Source: the human T2T-CHM13v2.0 reference genome, Homo sapiens. From it: 64,000 nucleotides of DNA. Positions 45,520 to 56,453 of the stretch are shown here, one piece after another. A program made the position numbers and the translations under genes. The stretch lies in assembly GCF_009914755.1 (NCBI RefSeq), contig NC_060926.1; one strand, written 5' to 3'. The notes under the pieces are model-generated. The model saw only the letters and a program-made list of their open reading frames with translations. It was not told the origin of the DNA and searched no databases. Position 1 is the stretch's first letter; the number at the start of each line of letters is the position of its first letter.

Positions 45520-45639
45520 CAAAGTAGTACCTTTACATTCGTCTTCGTCACCATCTTTATCAAAATCCTCCAATTCTTCTTGTCTTGGCCTTTTGGCATT
45601 TTTAGGAGAGGAAAAATTTTCTTCCTTTCTTTTGGCCAT
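45520..45639 (-). CDS. SMC6: SMC6 coding exon 1 (aa 1-40); exon begins at 45644 with 5 nt of UTR
   Basis: ttcag|ACCTG ATG GCC...TTG|gtaagc; [40 protein letters not shown]. Confidence 0.96.
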
Positions 45640-45789
45640 CAGGTCTGAACAAATATTTATAGTAACAATGAGGTAAATCAAGTTCCATATATATTAAACT
45701 TAACAAAATAAATCTAACAAGGCTAATTAAACTTTAGGTACTATGTCCATCCATTTTTACCTTAAAAATTAAAGTAAATTAGTCTTGCA

Positions 45790-45975
45790 TCTTGCACTAA
45801 GGAAGAGGGACATGAGTCAAAAAATGCTGGAAAAGGCAAGGAAATAGATTTTCCCCTAGAGGCCCTAAAACAGAACATAGCCCTACTGACATCTGGATTT
45901 TAGCCCAGTGAGATCTGTGTTGGACTTCTAATCCACAGAAGCGTAAGATAGTAAGTTTGTATTGCTTTAACATCT
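45790..45975 (+). mobile_element. MLT1-type MaLR LTR fragment
   Basis: GCTGGAAAAGGCAAGGAAATAGATTTTCCCCTAGAG...TTTTAGCCCAGTGAGA...GTAAGATA. Confidence 0.75.
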
Positions 45976-47164
45976 GCATATTCTATACTAGTTGATTTTA
46001 CTTCAGAGGTATTCATAGCCAAGATTTTATCAGTATAAGCCTACCTAAATGTTGTGACTACTAAACTCACAAAAGGTAAAAGATTTTGTGAAATTGTGGT
46101 TTCTAGTTTTCTAAATCTATTCATAGAGATGGCATGGTGACTCCTGAAATTATTCCAAAGCAATGCACAATTTTCACAAGTTATAAAGTAATCAGATAAA
46201 ACTTTTAATTTTTAAGTTGTTTTCCCAAAGAATCATATTTTGAAGCACATTGCTTAGCACCAGTGGTTTCCTTTAACTCTTCCCTAAAAAAAAAGTCCAG
46301 GTTGATTGTCTATTTTTTGCCAATATACTACAAAATTTAAACCTAGAAAATTAACATCTTTTAAATTACACATGATTTTGCTAAACATATGAATACTGGA
46401 TCTCCAGTCAAAGCTGATAGTTTATGATTAAAATTAAACTTTATGACCTCTTTGACTGCTGCTTTCATTTTTTCCTTTAGAGTACATTTAAGACCTAAAA
46501 TGATAGGTATCTAATTTAATTGTTTGCTAAAAGGAGACAAAAATCTCTAACATAATCAAAAATTTCTAAGATATAAGAATATGAGGAACAGTTCTAGGCT
46601 CAATGTACTGAAATCCCCCAAATATTAGACCACAGCAACCCTCTCCATACCATGTATATACCTGGCTCCCCTACCCATGCAAGCAAAATCCAAGTGGGTA
46701 GTCTGGACTTCCACCCTAGTGAGGCTACAAGGTGGCATCTCAACACCCTAACTGGGGTAGAGTCAAAGGCTATGTAGACAAGTAGGGAGCCATGATAATG
46801 GTGTCAGCGGAGACCACCTAGAGAGCCTAGATTTCCACCCATACAGGAAGTAATACGGTGTTACTTACTCCTTCTCCTAGTTGGCTAGTATCAAAGGAGG
46901 CCTAGTGGAAAGTCGGGACTTTTCCCATTGCCCAGAGGTGAGAAGACCACTCCCACTGCAGTGTCACTGGAGACCATATGGGAAACTGAAACTGCCACCC
47001 TAGCCTAGCAGTTGCTGTGGCTAAGGAAATAGCTCCAAGTTCCAGATCTGAGTCTCTTTGTCCGCAGTCCAATATGGAGGGAAGCAGTTCTCAAAGGTTG
47101 TAATCTCTTTTACAAAGGACTTCAAAGAGCTTTTGCTTATGTCTATCAATATTTATTATATTAG

Positions 47165-47511
<347 letters not shown>

Positions 47512-47844
47512 TAAAACAAGGGACACACAGTATATATTCCATCAGTCACAGCAATGACATCTCACAAGCCATGTAACCTCTGGAAAACTCCACTGTACAC
47601 TCATAAGTGAATGAGAGTGAAAAGGGCAAATAACATCTTACTATTATCATTAAAACAGTTTTGGCCTTGTAGATCCCTTGCAAGAGTCTCATGGATTCCT
47701 GCACCACATTTTGCAAAGTGCAGCTACAGGGGGATACTAAAAGCAAGTCCATGATACAGTGTCATAAATTATAAGGCACAGCTAGGAAGCAATAAAGTTA
47801 GAGCATTAGGGAAGAAACAGACCACAAAAGGACTTGTAGACTCC

Positions 47845-48008
47845 TCATATTTAAAGTGTGGTCCAAGGACTGGCAAGCAAGATCTACATCTCCTGGGAAG
47901 ATATCCACCTATCAGATATCCAGAATCTCGGGCCCCACCCTAGAGCAAGTGAATCAGAATCTTCACTTTAACAAGACTTAAGGTGATTCACATGCACATT
48001 AGAGTTGA
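47845..48008. mobile_element. MER5A-like
   Basis: AAAGTGTGGTCC...CAGAATCTCGGGCCCCACCC...GAATCAGAATCT...TTTAACAAG...GGTGATTC. Confidence 0.75.
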
Positions 48009-49099
48009 ATTGTTATGTAAACCATGGAAAATAACTGGGACTTTATCCTATCCTGAAGTCAATGAAGAACCTTATATATTATGAAGTCGAATACCATTTA
48101 AAGGGTACATTACTTACCATCCAAAGAAGGATATTTAACCTAAACAAATGCCTTTTAAGACAATATTACCATTACAGTTACAGCTACATAATATTCAGCT
48201 TCATTTTTACAAATTATTTAATGTTTTGAAACTGTTATTAAAATCAAAAATATTTTTCAAAATATTTAATAAGAATCAACATAGATCGGTTTCAGTTTAT
48301 TATTAATTTAAATTCCCTGAGATACTACCAGGCCATTATTTTTCCAACACTTTCTTCTCTGCTAACCACCCTCTATTCCCTTCTCAGTTACTGAGCAGTA
48401 ATTTATTTATTATAGAAGAGCAAACAGAAAGCATTACTTTTTGGTGTCCCCAACATTTAATGCCCTTTTAGAAACTGTTTTTATTAATGCCTAACACATG
48501 ATCATGCAGTTAGCAAGCACTCAGACATAAGCTAATGGATAACGCACTAGGGAAAATGTGATACGCTTCTCACAAGGAATGTGAGATTCTATATAGAAGA
48601 CAGTACACCCAAACACTACGTGATGACGATGTTTTTTATTTGCTGAGAATGTTTTTTATTTGCTGAGCATGACCTGGGATTTGCAGTTTGCTATTAGGTT
48701 GCCACGGTAACTTGCATCTAACAGACACTGAAGGATCCTACCTTTTAAAATAGGAATCACTTTGTAATTTAATGATGATGGATTTTCAAACACAGATTCG
48801 AATGTCTAGAGCATCAGATACAGATTAAAATAGTAAAATTGTTTCCAAAAGGCTAAAGAAACATATTTACAGATGCAAAGAAAAATATTTTAATTATGCT
48901 GGAATAAAAAAAGGAGAAAAAAGCCTCCTCTGGGATTTTCAATTTATCCATAAAGCTCGTCATAGTTTTTAATATTTCTTTACTTATTTATAATTTAAAA
49001 AAAACAGAATTAAAGAACACCTCATTTCTCCCTTACAGGATACAAGCAGGAACAATGAAGATTATCAATAAAATAATAAGTTCAAGAAGAAAAATTAAT

Positions 49100-49469
<370 letters not shown>

Positions 49470-50411
49470 CTAAATTTTATTAAGTATATAATAATTCATA
49501 TTTCCTATTAATACCAAATTAGGAACTAAGAGTAGTGACACACATAACAGAATTAGAATTTAATAAAAAAGTGTTATCATTTTTTTAAAAAGGCAAATTA
49601 CTACTACTTCTGAATCTGCCCTGGCCTGTGTTTACCACATCCTCAATTCTACTCTGCCTATCACAACAGACATTTATTCTATGGTAAACAACTTCATTTT
49701 GAATGTGCTTAATTAAGTACACTGCTTGGAATATATCACGAAATTATATGAGACTTATTCATTAAGTCCACCCATCTAAAATTTCAGGATCAGCAAAACC
49801 GGGAAGTATAAAGCACAGCATTTCAGTTAATAAAATCTGAACACTTAGATTTCTGTACTGAAAACATCCTGTGGCTCAATATAGAAGATAGATGAAACAG
49901 AAAGTAAGAATAGTAGCAGAAGAGATGAGTTGCTAAACAAAAGCAGTGGTAATATCAGGGACAAAGGGAAGAGATAAAACAAGAGATTTAAAAGACTGAA
50001 TTAGTAGAATTGGTGAGTACAAATGGGTGAGTAGAATTAACATCTGCTGAATAACTACATACTTAGCTTTTGAGATGAACACTTTCTATTTCCTTTGATC
50101 CCCAACATCTTTATGAGATAAATATTGCCCTTATTTTTACAAAAGGAGAGACTGAGGCACAAGTAAATGACTTGAATTTATGTAGCTACAACTTAGTTCT
50201 AACATACAAAGGCTTCTATAGCTCTAACATAGCAGAGCTCAGATCCAAATCCAGGTTTGTCAAAACCCAGTTAAACCTCTTTAACGCCCAGGTTCCTACT
50301 GGCATAAACTGAAGTTTGACAGTTAATTATTCATAGAGAGTGAAATTGGCTATTAATCTGTCCTTCATCTCGTCTATCCTTCATTAAACTTAAAAAAAAG
50401 ATTCTATTATT

Positions 50412-50722
50412 GGCTGGGCGGGTGGCTCATGCCTGCAATCTCAGTACTTTGGAAGGCCAAGGCAGGCGGATCACCTGAGGTCAGGAGTTCGAGACCAGCC
50501 TGGCCAACATGGTGAAACCCCATCTCTACTAAAAATACAAAAAAAATTAGCTGGGCTTGGTGGCGCATGCCTGTAATCCCAGCTACTCAGGAGGTTGAGG
50601 CAGGAGAATCACTTGAACCTGAGAGGCAGAGGTTGCAGTGAGCCGAAATCATGTCACTGCCCTCCAGCCTGGACAACAAGAGTGAACAGCTGTCTCAAAA
50701 AAAAAAAAAAAAAAAAAAAAAA
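50412..50722 (+). mobile_element. Alu (S-type)
   Basis: dimeric Alu, long A tail, AAAAGATTCT TSD. Confidence 0.92.
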
Positions 50723-50889
50723 GATTCTCTAATGTTACTATTAAAGTCAATCAAAACTTTGGGTGTGCTTTATAAAACTTCATTTTGTGTTTCATCTTCA
50801 CACTTAATACTAAATGCCATTATAAGTTCATGGAACAGGTTTGGCAAGTAGGGAGAATGAAATTTATTTTATTTGAAAACACTGAGTTT

Positions 50890-51196
50890 GGGCTGGGCTC
50901 AGTAGCTCACGCCTTGTCATCCCAGCACTTTGGGAGGCCGAGATGGATGGATCACTTGAGGTAAGGCGCTCAAGACCAGCCAGCCCAACGTGGTGAAACC
51001 CCATCTCTACTAAAAATACAAAATTAGCCAAGTGTGGTGGTGCATGCCTGTAATCCCAGCTACTCCGGAGGCTGAGGCAGGAGAATCGCTTGAACCCGGG
51101 AGGCAGGATTGCACCACTGCACTCCAACCTCGGCGACAAGAGTAAAACTCTGTCTCAAACAAAAAAAAAAAAAAAAGAGGAAAAAAAAGAAAGAAA
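50890..51196 (+). mobile_element. Alu with short right-arm deletion
   Basis: GGAGGCAG-GATTGCACC lacks the GGTTGCAGTGAGCC segment; TSD GAAAACACTGAGTTT. Confidence 0.9.
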
Positions 51197-51825
51197 GAAA
51201 ACACTGAGTTTCAAGTGCTCCTAAGGTATTTTGAGATAGAGGCCAGTCAGTAGTAAAGTATACTCTGCAATGGAGAAAGATTTGTGGGTGGAGCTAAGAA
51301 AGCTACTGGAAGTAGTTTGAATTTGGTGACCAAGAAAAGCATGCTCAGAGAGAAAAGATGTTAACTTGTTTAAATAGTGAATCAAAAATGCTAACATTAA
51401 CCTAAGCAACTACGCTTGACCCTCAGTCAGCTGGACTTATCGTTGTGTATAAAGAACTATGGCATTTAATTGTGTCTTAAATATAATGCAAGCTATCACG
51501 GTAAAATTTTGAGTTACTTACTAATTCCTAAAAGTAAGCCAAGTACAGCTTTAATTATTTTTCCTAACTTTGGTCTAAAAATGACAGTCAAGATTTAGGT
51601 AGGTTTTACATAAAATTCTACAGATTCAGTAAAATACACTCAGTAAAATAAACCTTTGGGGAATAAAACTTGTTTTTCACTGTAATACCTTTAACATGAC
51701 CTGTGTACTTTTTGCCAGGCTCAATACTAACTGGTTTATACGGATTGCAGACAGATGTCGATATATAACTACATAACTTTCTCTTCCTCTCTGTGTCCAC
51801 ATATTTAAGAATCCTGTCAGCTAGG

Positions 51826-52150
51826 TACAGTCAATCCCTAAGAATTGGTTCCAAAATGACAGCCCCTCTCTCTCACTCAGATACCAAAATCCACAGATGC
51901 TCAAGTCCCTTATATGAAATGGTGTCATATTTGCATATAACCTCCCCACATACTTAAAAGTTATCTCTAGATTACTTATATAACCTAACACAATGCAAAT
52001 GCTATGTGAATAGTTGTTATACTGTACTGTTTAGGGAATAATGACAAGAACAAAAAAAAGTCTGTGCAACCATCCACTTTTTTTCCTCTGAAATATTTTC
52101 AGTCCCTTGATTGAGTCCACGGATACAGAGGATGCACTGATAACTGTATT
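51826..52150. mobile_element. MER2/Tigger-like DNA transposon
   Basis: GATACCAAAATCCACAGATGCTCAAGTCCCTTATATGAAATGG...TTTGCATATAACCT; TACAGT...ACTGTA ends. Confidence 0.75.
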
Positions 52151-52670
52151 ATTTCTTCCAACTTGCATAAGAAGAACTGAAACTTAAAGAGGTGGTACCA
52201 ACCTGCTCAGAGTCACACAATTCTGGCTTTTTGTGATATAAATACACGCTTTTAGGCAATATACTAGTGGCCTCCAAACGTTTTGTACTTGCACCCATTA
52301 AGCAAAAGAAATTTGAAATACATGTTCCAACATAAAATTAATACCCTATGTTTCACGTAGAAATCAAATGAAATAAATCTAAATAGAAGTTCTAATATGT
52401 TCCCTCTCTACCCACACACCCATGGAACAAACTGCATGCCACTGTATATACTATTGTACATGTTAAAAGATCACACTGCAACCATATAAAAGTCAGGAGA
52501 TTTGGGTTTTTCTTTTTTCCTTTGAATATATATTACTGAGAAGTTTGCCTTTAAAACACTGGCTTTTAATCTACTACTCGTGACATACGCAGAGTAATAA
52601 GCGCTCACAAAACTTCTGTCTTGAGGGCTCAAACACCAAATGATTGCTCTAAGAATTTTCACAGTATTAC

Positions 52671-52757
52671 CTCAAACCCTATTGGTTCTACAACCTTTCT
52701 CTACCCTAGAGTCCTGTTTTCCGCAATTCCCAATTGGGATTCTTCTCCGGTTCATTT
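52671..52757 (-). other. SMC6: SMC6 non-coding 5'UTR exon 2 (87 nt)
   Basis: pyrimidine tract + cttacag| acceptor at 52758-9 and GAG|gtaata donor at 52670-69, between the CpG island and the ATG exon. Confidence 0.8.
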
Positions 52758-53017
52758 CTGTAAGAAATGAGGGCAGAGAAATGCCATCAGTAAACCTTTG
52801 AACACATGTTAATTTTTCTAGGTAATACAATTTGCATTTTCGTAAAACTGGGCTTTAATGACAAATCCGATTTCAGTGATCTTTGCATACACCCTTTAAA
52901 CACACCAGTTGCCGCCTGCGAGATATCATCAGACTCATGCTAAGAGCCACTCCCTACCCCAGCTTTCCCCAGACCTCTCCCCGCTTTACAGTTATTCGCC
53001 ACAGCCCGGGAGAGTCT

Positions 53018-53099
53018 GGGGACGGCCGCCTGGGAGGGGACGGCCGCCTGGGAGGGGACGGCCGCCTGGGAGGGGACGGCCGCCTGGGAGGGGACGGCC
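53018..53099 (+). repeat. GC-rich 18-bp tandem repeat (GGGGACGGCCGCCTGGGA) x4.5
   Basis: four perfect copies starting 53018, 53036, 53054, 53072 plus a 10-nt partial copy. Confidence 0.95.
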
Positions 53100-53354
53100 C
53101 GGAGCAGACGCCAGGTTTCCCGCGGCTCAGGAGACCGGTGCCGCCTCGGAGAGCGCGCGAAGGTGCCGCCGGCCGCCCGACCCGCCCGAGGAACGGACAT
53201 CTCCCGCCCGGGCCCGCAAGGACGACCATGAACACCGCCGCAGCTCAGCTGACCCTGCCTCTCCCGGGTGGCTGGGGGTCGCCAGCCAAGGGGGCAGCGG
53301 GCGGAGGATGAACCCCGGAGCAAGGGAAAGCGACAGCGCGCGCCTTCACCCTAC

Positions 53355-53539
53355 CGCCAACAAGTCGAAGTCTCCCAAAGGAACCTGATCGGCGGGGCTG
53401 CCGTGGTACGACCGGCCGCTAAGGCCACCCTGCGGGCGTCTCGACCTCGGCTGACCGCCGCTGGCCCCCTGGGAACCGCGTGCCGGCCGCAGGAGAAGGT
53501 AGATTCCCGGGAGCCCCGGCGCCCACCGCGGTACTAACC
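53355..53539 (-). other. SMC6: SMC6 non-coding exon 1 (TSS approximate)
   Basis: GCG|gtaggg donor at 53354-3 in the CpG island, just downstream of NRF1/GC-box motifs; an alternative CAG|gttcct donor at 53385 cannot be excluded. Confidence 0.6.
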
Positions 53540-53599
53540 GCGCCTGCGCCCCGCCCTCCCTCCCTTCGGGCTCCGCCCGCGCCTGCGCAGTTGCGGGGT

Positions 53600-53696
53600 T
53601 TCGCGCCGCCGGAGTCTGAGAGGCCGGAAGTGCCCCTTAGCGGGTGGGGGAAGCTGGTAGGCACGGGCGGCTCCGCAGTGACCGGACTCGGGGGAG
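53600..53696 (+). other. GEN1: GEN1 upstream alternative first exon (non-coding; start approximate)
   Basis: consensus donor GAG|gtgagt at 53696/7 just downstream of the E2F/ETS motifs. Confidence 0.6.
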
Positions 53697-53864
53697 GTGA
53701 GTGATTTGCCTAAGTAAAAGGGAAAGATAATTGAGCGCCCCCGGCAGCTGGTCTACGCATGCGTCCGCTAGGCCGGCTGGGAGCCGGCAAGGGAAAGCCG
53801 AGCGGGCCCCATTGGGGGAAAGGGGTCAGTCACTTCCCGGAAGAGGCGGGGCCGCGCGGGCCCG

Positions 53865-54074
53865 GCGCTGGATTCGAAACGCTTCCTGGTGCTCCTGGGC
53901 CTGGCGGTTGAGCCCGGGGAGCTAGTCTTTGCTTGGGTAAAGAAAGAGGACTTTCCTTTTTTTTTTTCCTTTTGAGAAAATTCAGAAATTTGGAGGCACA
54001 GTAGTTAGGATTCAGGCCAAACTGGTAAATGACGAAGGGGCTTCTTCCAGAGCCAAGGAGGAAGGGTTGTCCGG
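53865..54074 (+). other. GEN1: GEN1 downstream alternative first exon (non-coding; start approximate)
   Basis: consensus donor CGG|gtaagt at 54074/5 inside the CpG island. Confidence 0.65.
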
Positions 54075-56312
54075 GTAAGTCCCGCGGGACGTGGAGAGAC
54101 GGCGCCGCCCGGGTCCTCCCACTGATTCCTTTGACCATCTGGCTTACGGACGAGCTCTTTGTTCGCTGCTCCTCCGAAAACGCCTTCAATGACTCCCTTT
54201 GAATAAAGTAGGAAGTCCGAACCGAGCCGCCAGGCCGCGACCTGGCCCCTGTTTTCCACTCGCGAGGGCCCTGCGTCACCCCGCCTCGGGAAAGCTGCGC
54301 GTTCTCCGGCCGCTTGCGCTTGGCCGAAGCTGCTGGGTCCCGCTGTGCTTCCCCCGGGCATGCGATGGGGATAATTCCCACGCCTCGCTCAAAGCCATCC
54401 CGGGAGAGCCCTCCCTGGTCCCCATAGGCACAGTTGGGTGTTCCCTTTTCCGTGTTAACCTTGTATTTCGGATATAGTTCTGTTATAGTAATTACTTTAA
54501 GGTATTGTAGTTATTTACAATCAGTCTTTCCCCCACGGTAACCTAGAGTGTAAACCCCCTAAATAAACGTCAGAAGTAATGAAGTCTTAACTTCCTTGGC
54601 TTAGGTTTCAGCGCCCTTCTCAACCCCACACTCCCGCTTCAGTCTTTACACAACCCTTCCCATGAATATGCTGACCTAACAAGTAACCTACTTTTCATAC
54701 TCCAAAATCTTCTCTTCTGTGTGGGGAAAATAATGCATTGACTGCCACCTCACTCCACCTCCAAATAAATTGATGTTGAAATTCTGGCCTCCGGTAATGG
54801 AATTCTTTACATCAAAGTCACTTTTTATTTCTAAAAGTAATCACATATATATTATATTCCTACTGTGGCCCTTGCCATGGATCAACGAAAAATATGACAT
54901 AGTCAAAATAGACCAAAACATCTGGCCTTGTTGTAACCAATGGGAAACACGGTTGGGAGGTCCCTACTTACATGTCACTTGCTTCAGGAACCGTTCCTTG
55001 ATTCCTAAGTGGGGGACCTTTTTTCCTAAATACAACTATAGCTTGCTTTCTTACCTCTTAAGCCCTTTTTATCTGCAGTCTCACTTACCCTACTAAGGTC
55101 TTTAAATGCAGGGCTTGATCTTCCATTATTGTATCTCCAGCACCTATAAAGCTTTCCTGTTAAATAGTAGACATTTAATAAGTATTTATTGATAAACGTG
55201 AAGTATGCCTCAACGTTTAGGCTAAATTCATATGAAAATAAAATTGAAAAAATAATTTTAAAGAACAGCATTAGTTACTGAGATTATGTGGTAAATCCCT
55301 TAAAATATAATCTTGCATTGAAATAGTTTTCACCATTTACCAGTCTTTATATGAATATATACTCATCTAAATGGAAATTGGGAAATTTAAGCATTTTCTG
55401 CTTTTCCGAAGTAAATTTTCTAATGTTTTTCTTAAAGCTGAACTAAATTGCAAAACTTGCTTTAATAAAGTGTGTATTTTTGCATCAGTTAAGCCCCTGA
55501 CCTCTTTATGTTCTTTAAATTTGATTCATTAGTGAAATTAACAAGGTTCTGTGTTTTTCTCACCTCATTCAGTTTTATAATTAACCAATAAAAGCTTATT
55601 AGCTTTTAAGGAAGTTTTAGGAACTTAAATTGATTTATGGGCACCATATGGTTACATCAAAGGACTTGTTTTTGTTTTAACTGGAAGTGGATTCTTAAGT
55701 CCTTTAAGATGGAAATTTATGTTCTTTCTATTATACCAAGCAATACTTTCTGAAATAGAGTGATTTTTTTTTATTCCATGCTACCAGTTGGTCATGCAAT
55801 TCAAATATTAAATACTAGATTACAGATATTAGAATCTTGTAATGCATCTGGTTTAATACCTGTCATTTTGTAGAACGGTTAAATGTCTTCCCAAGGTCAT
55901 ACACCTAATCAGTGGTATATTCAAAACCCAAATCCTAGGCTTCCTATCTGAAGTCCATTGCTTATGAAGTGGTTTGCTATGTGTTCTGACTTTGTTGATT
56001 CAAATAAGTAAGCTAAATCAATTTAAGCCATTAATAGGTTTATAAAGTTATTTGCTATGTGTTGTTCTTACATCATTGATTCATGTAAGTAGACTTGTGT
56101 GACAGCTAATTCTTAAAAAATTATGAAGATGTTAGACTTCTTTTGATATATATATGTTGATTGTATGAACAGATTGACATCAATATACTTATTCATTATA
56201 AAAGATTTGAGTGGGAACTCACCAAATCCCACACCAAAAAAATTTAAAATTTTACCATAGTAAAAAAAACTAAAAAGCAAGATGAAATTATACATAGTTC
56301 TTGGTGTAGTAT

Positions 56313-56453
56313 TTTTAATTTTTATTATTTATTTTTATAGAAATGGGGTCTCACCATTTTGCCAGGCTGTTCTCAAACTCCTGGCCTCAGGTGATCCGCC
56401 TGCCTCGACCTCCCAAAGAGCCAGGATTATAGGCATGAGCTACCATGCCCGGC
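56313..56453 (-). mobile_element. Alu left monomer (FLAM-like)
   Basis: monomer only; TSD GTGTAGTATTTTTAA. Confidence 0.85.

Larger units (their letters stand above)
52900..54420. promoter_or_regulatory. CpG island / shared bidirectional promoter of SMC6 and GEN1
   Basis: abrupt GC- and CpG-rich block between divergent first exons; NRF1-type GCGCCTGCGC at 53540 and 53579, GC boxes at 53549 and 53571, E2F TTTCGCGC 53599-53606, ETS/GABP CCGGAAGTG 53624-53632, palindrome ACGCATGCGT 53755-53764. Confidence 0.9.

Noticed and set aside
48620-48666. GTGATGA followed by CTGA (C/D-like)
   Set aside because: Too short, no terminal stem, antisense to the host; the second CTGA comes from a 20-bp tandem duplication
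53018-53099. Possible CRISPR-like array
   Set aside because: Contiguous units without spacers, eukaryotic context, no cas genes
52883-54477. Long Pro/Arg/Gly-rich ORFs, including (DGRLGG)n, (GRPPGR)n and (PSQAAV)n repeats
   Set aside because: Stop-poor CpG island plus an 18-bp repeat that keeps every frame open; no coding signature
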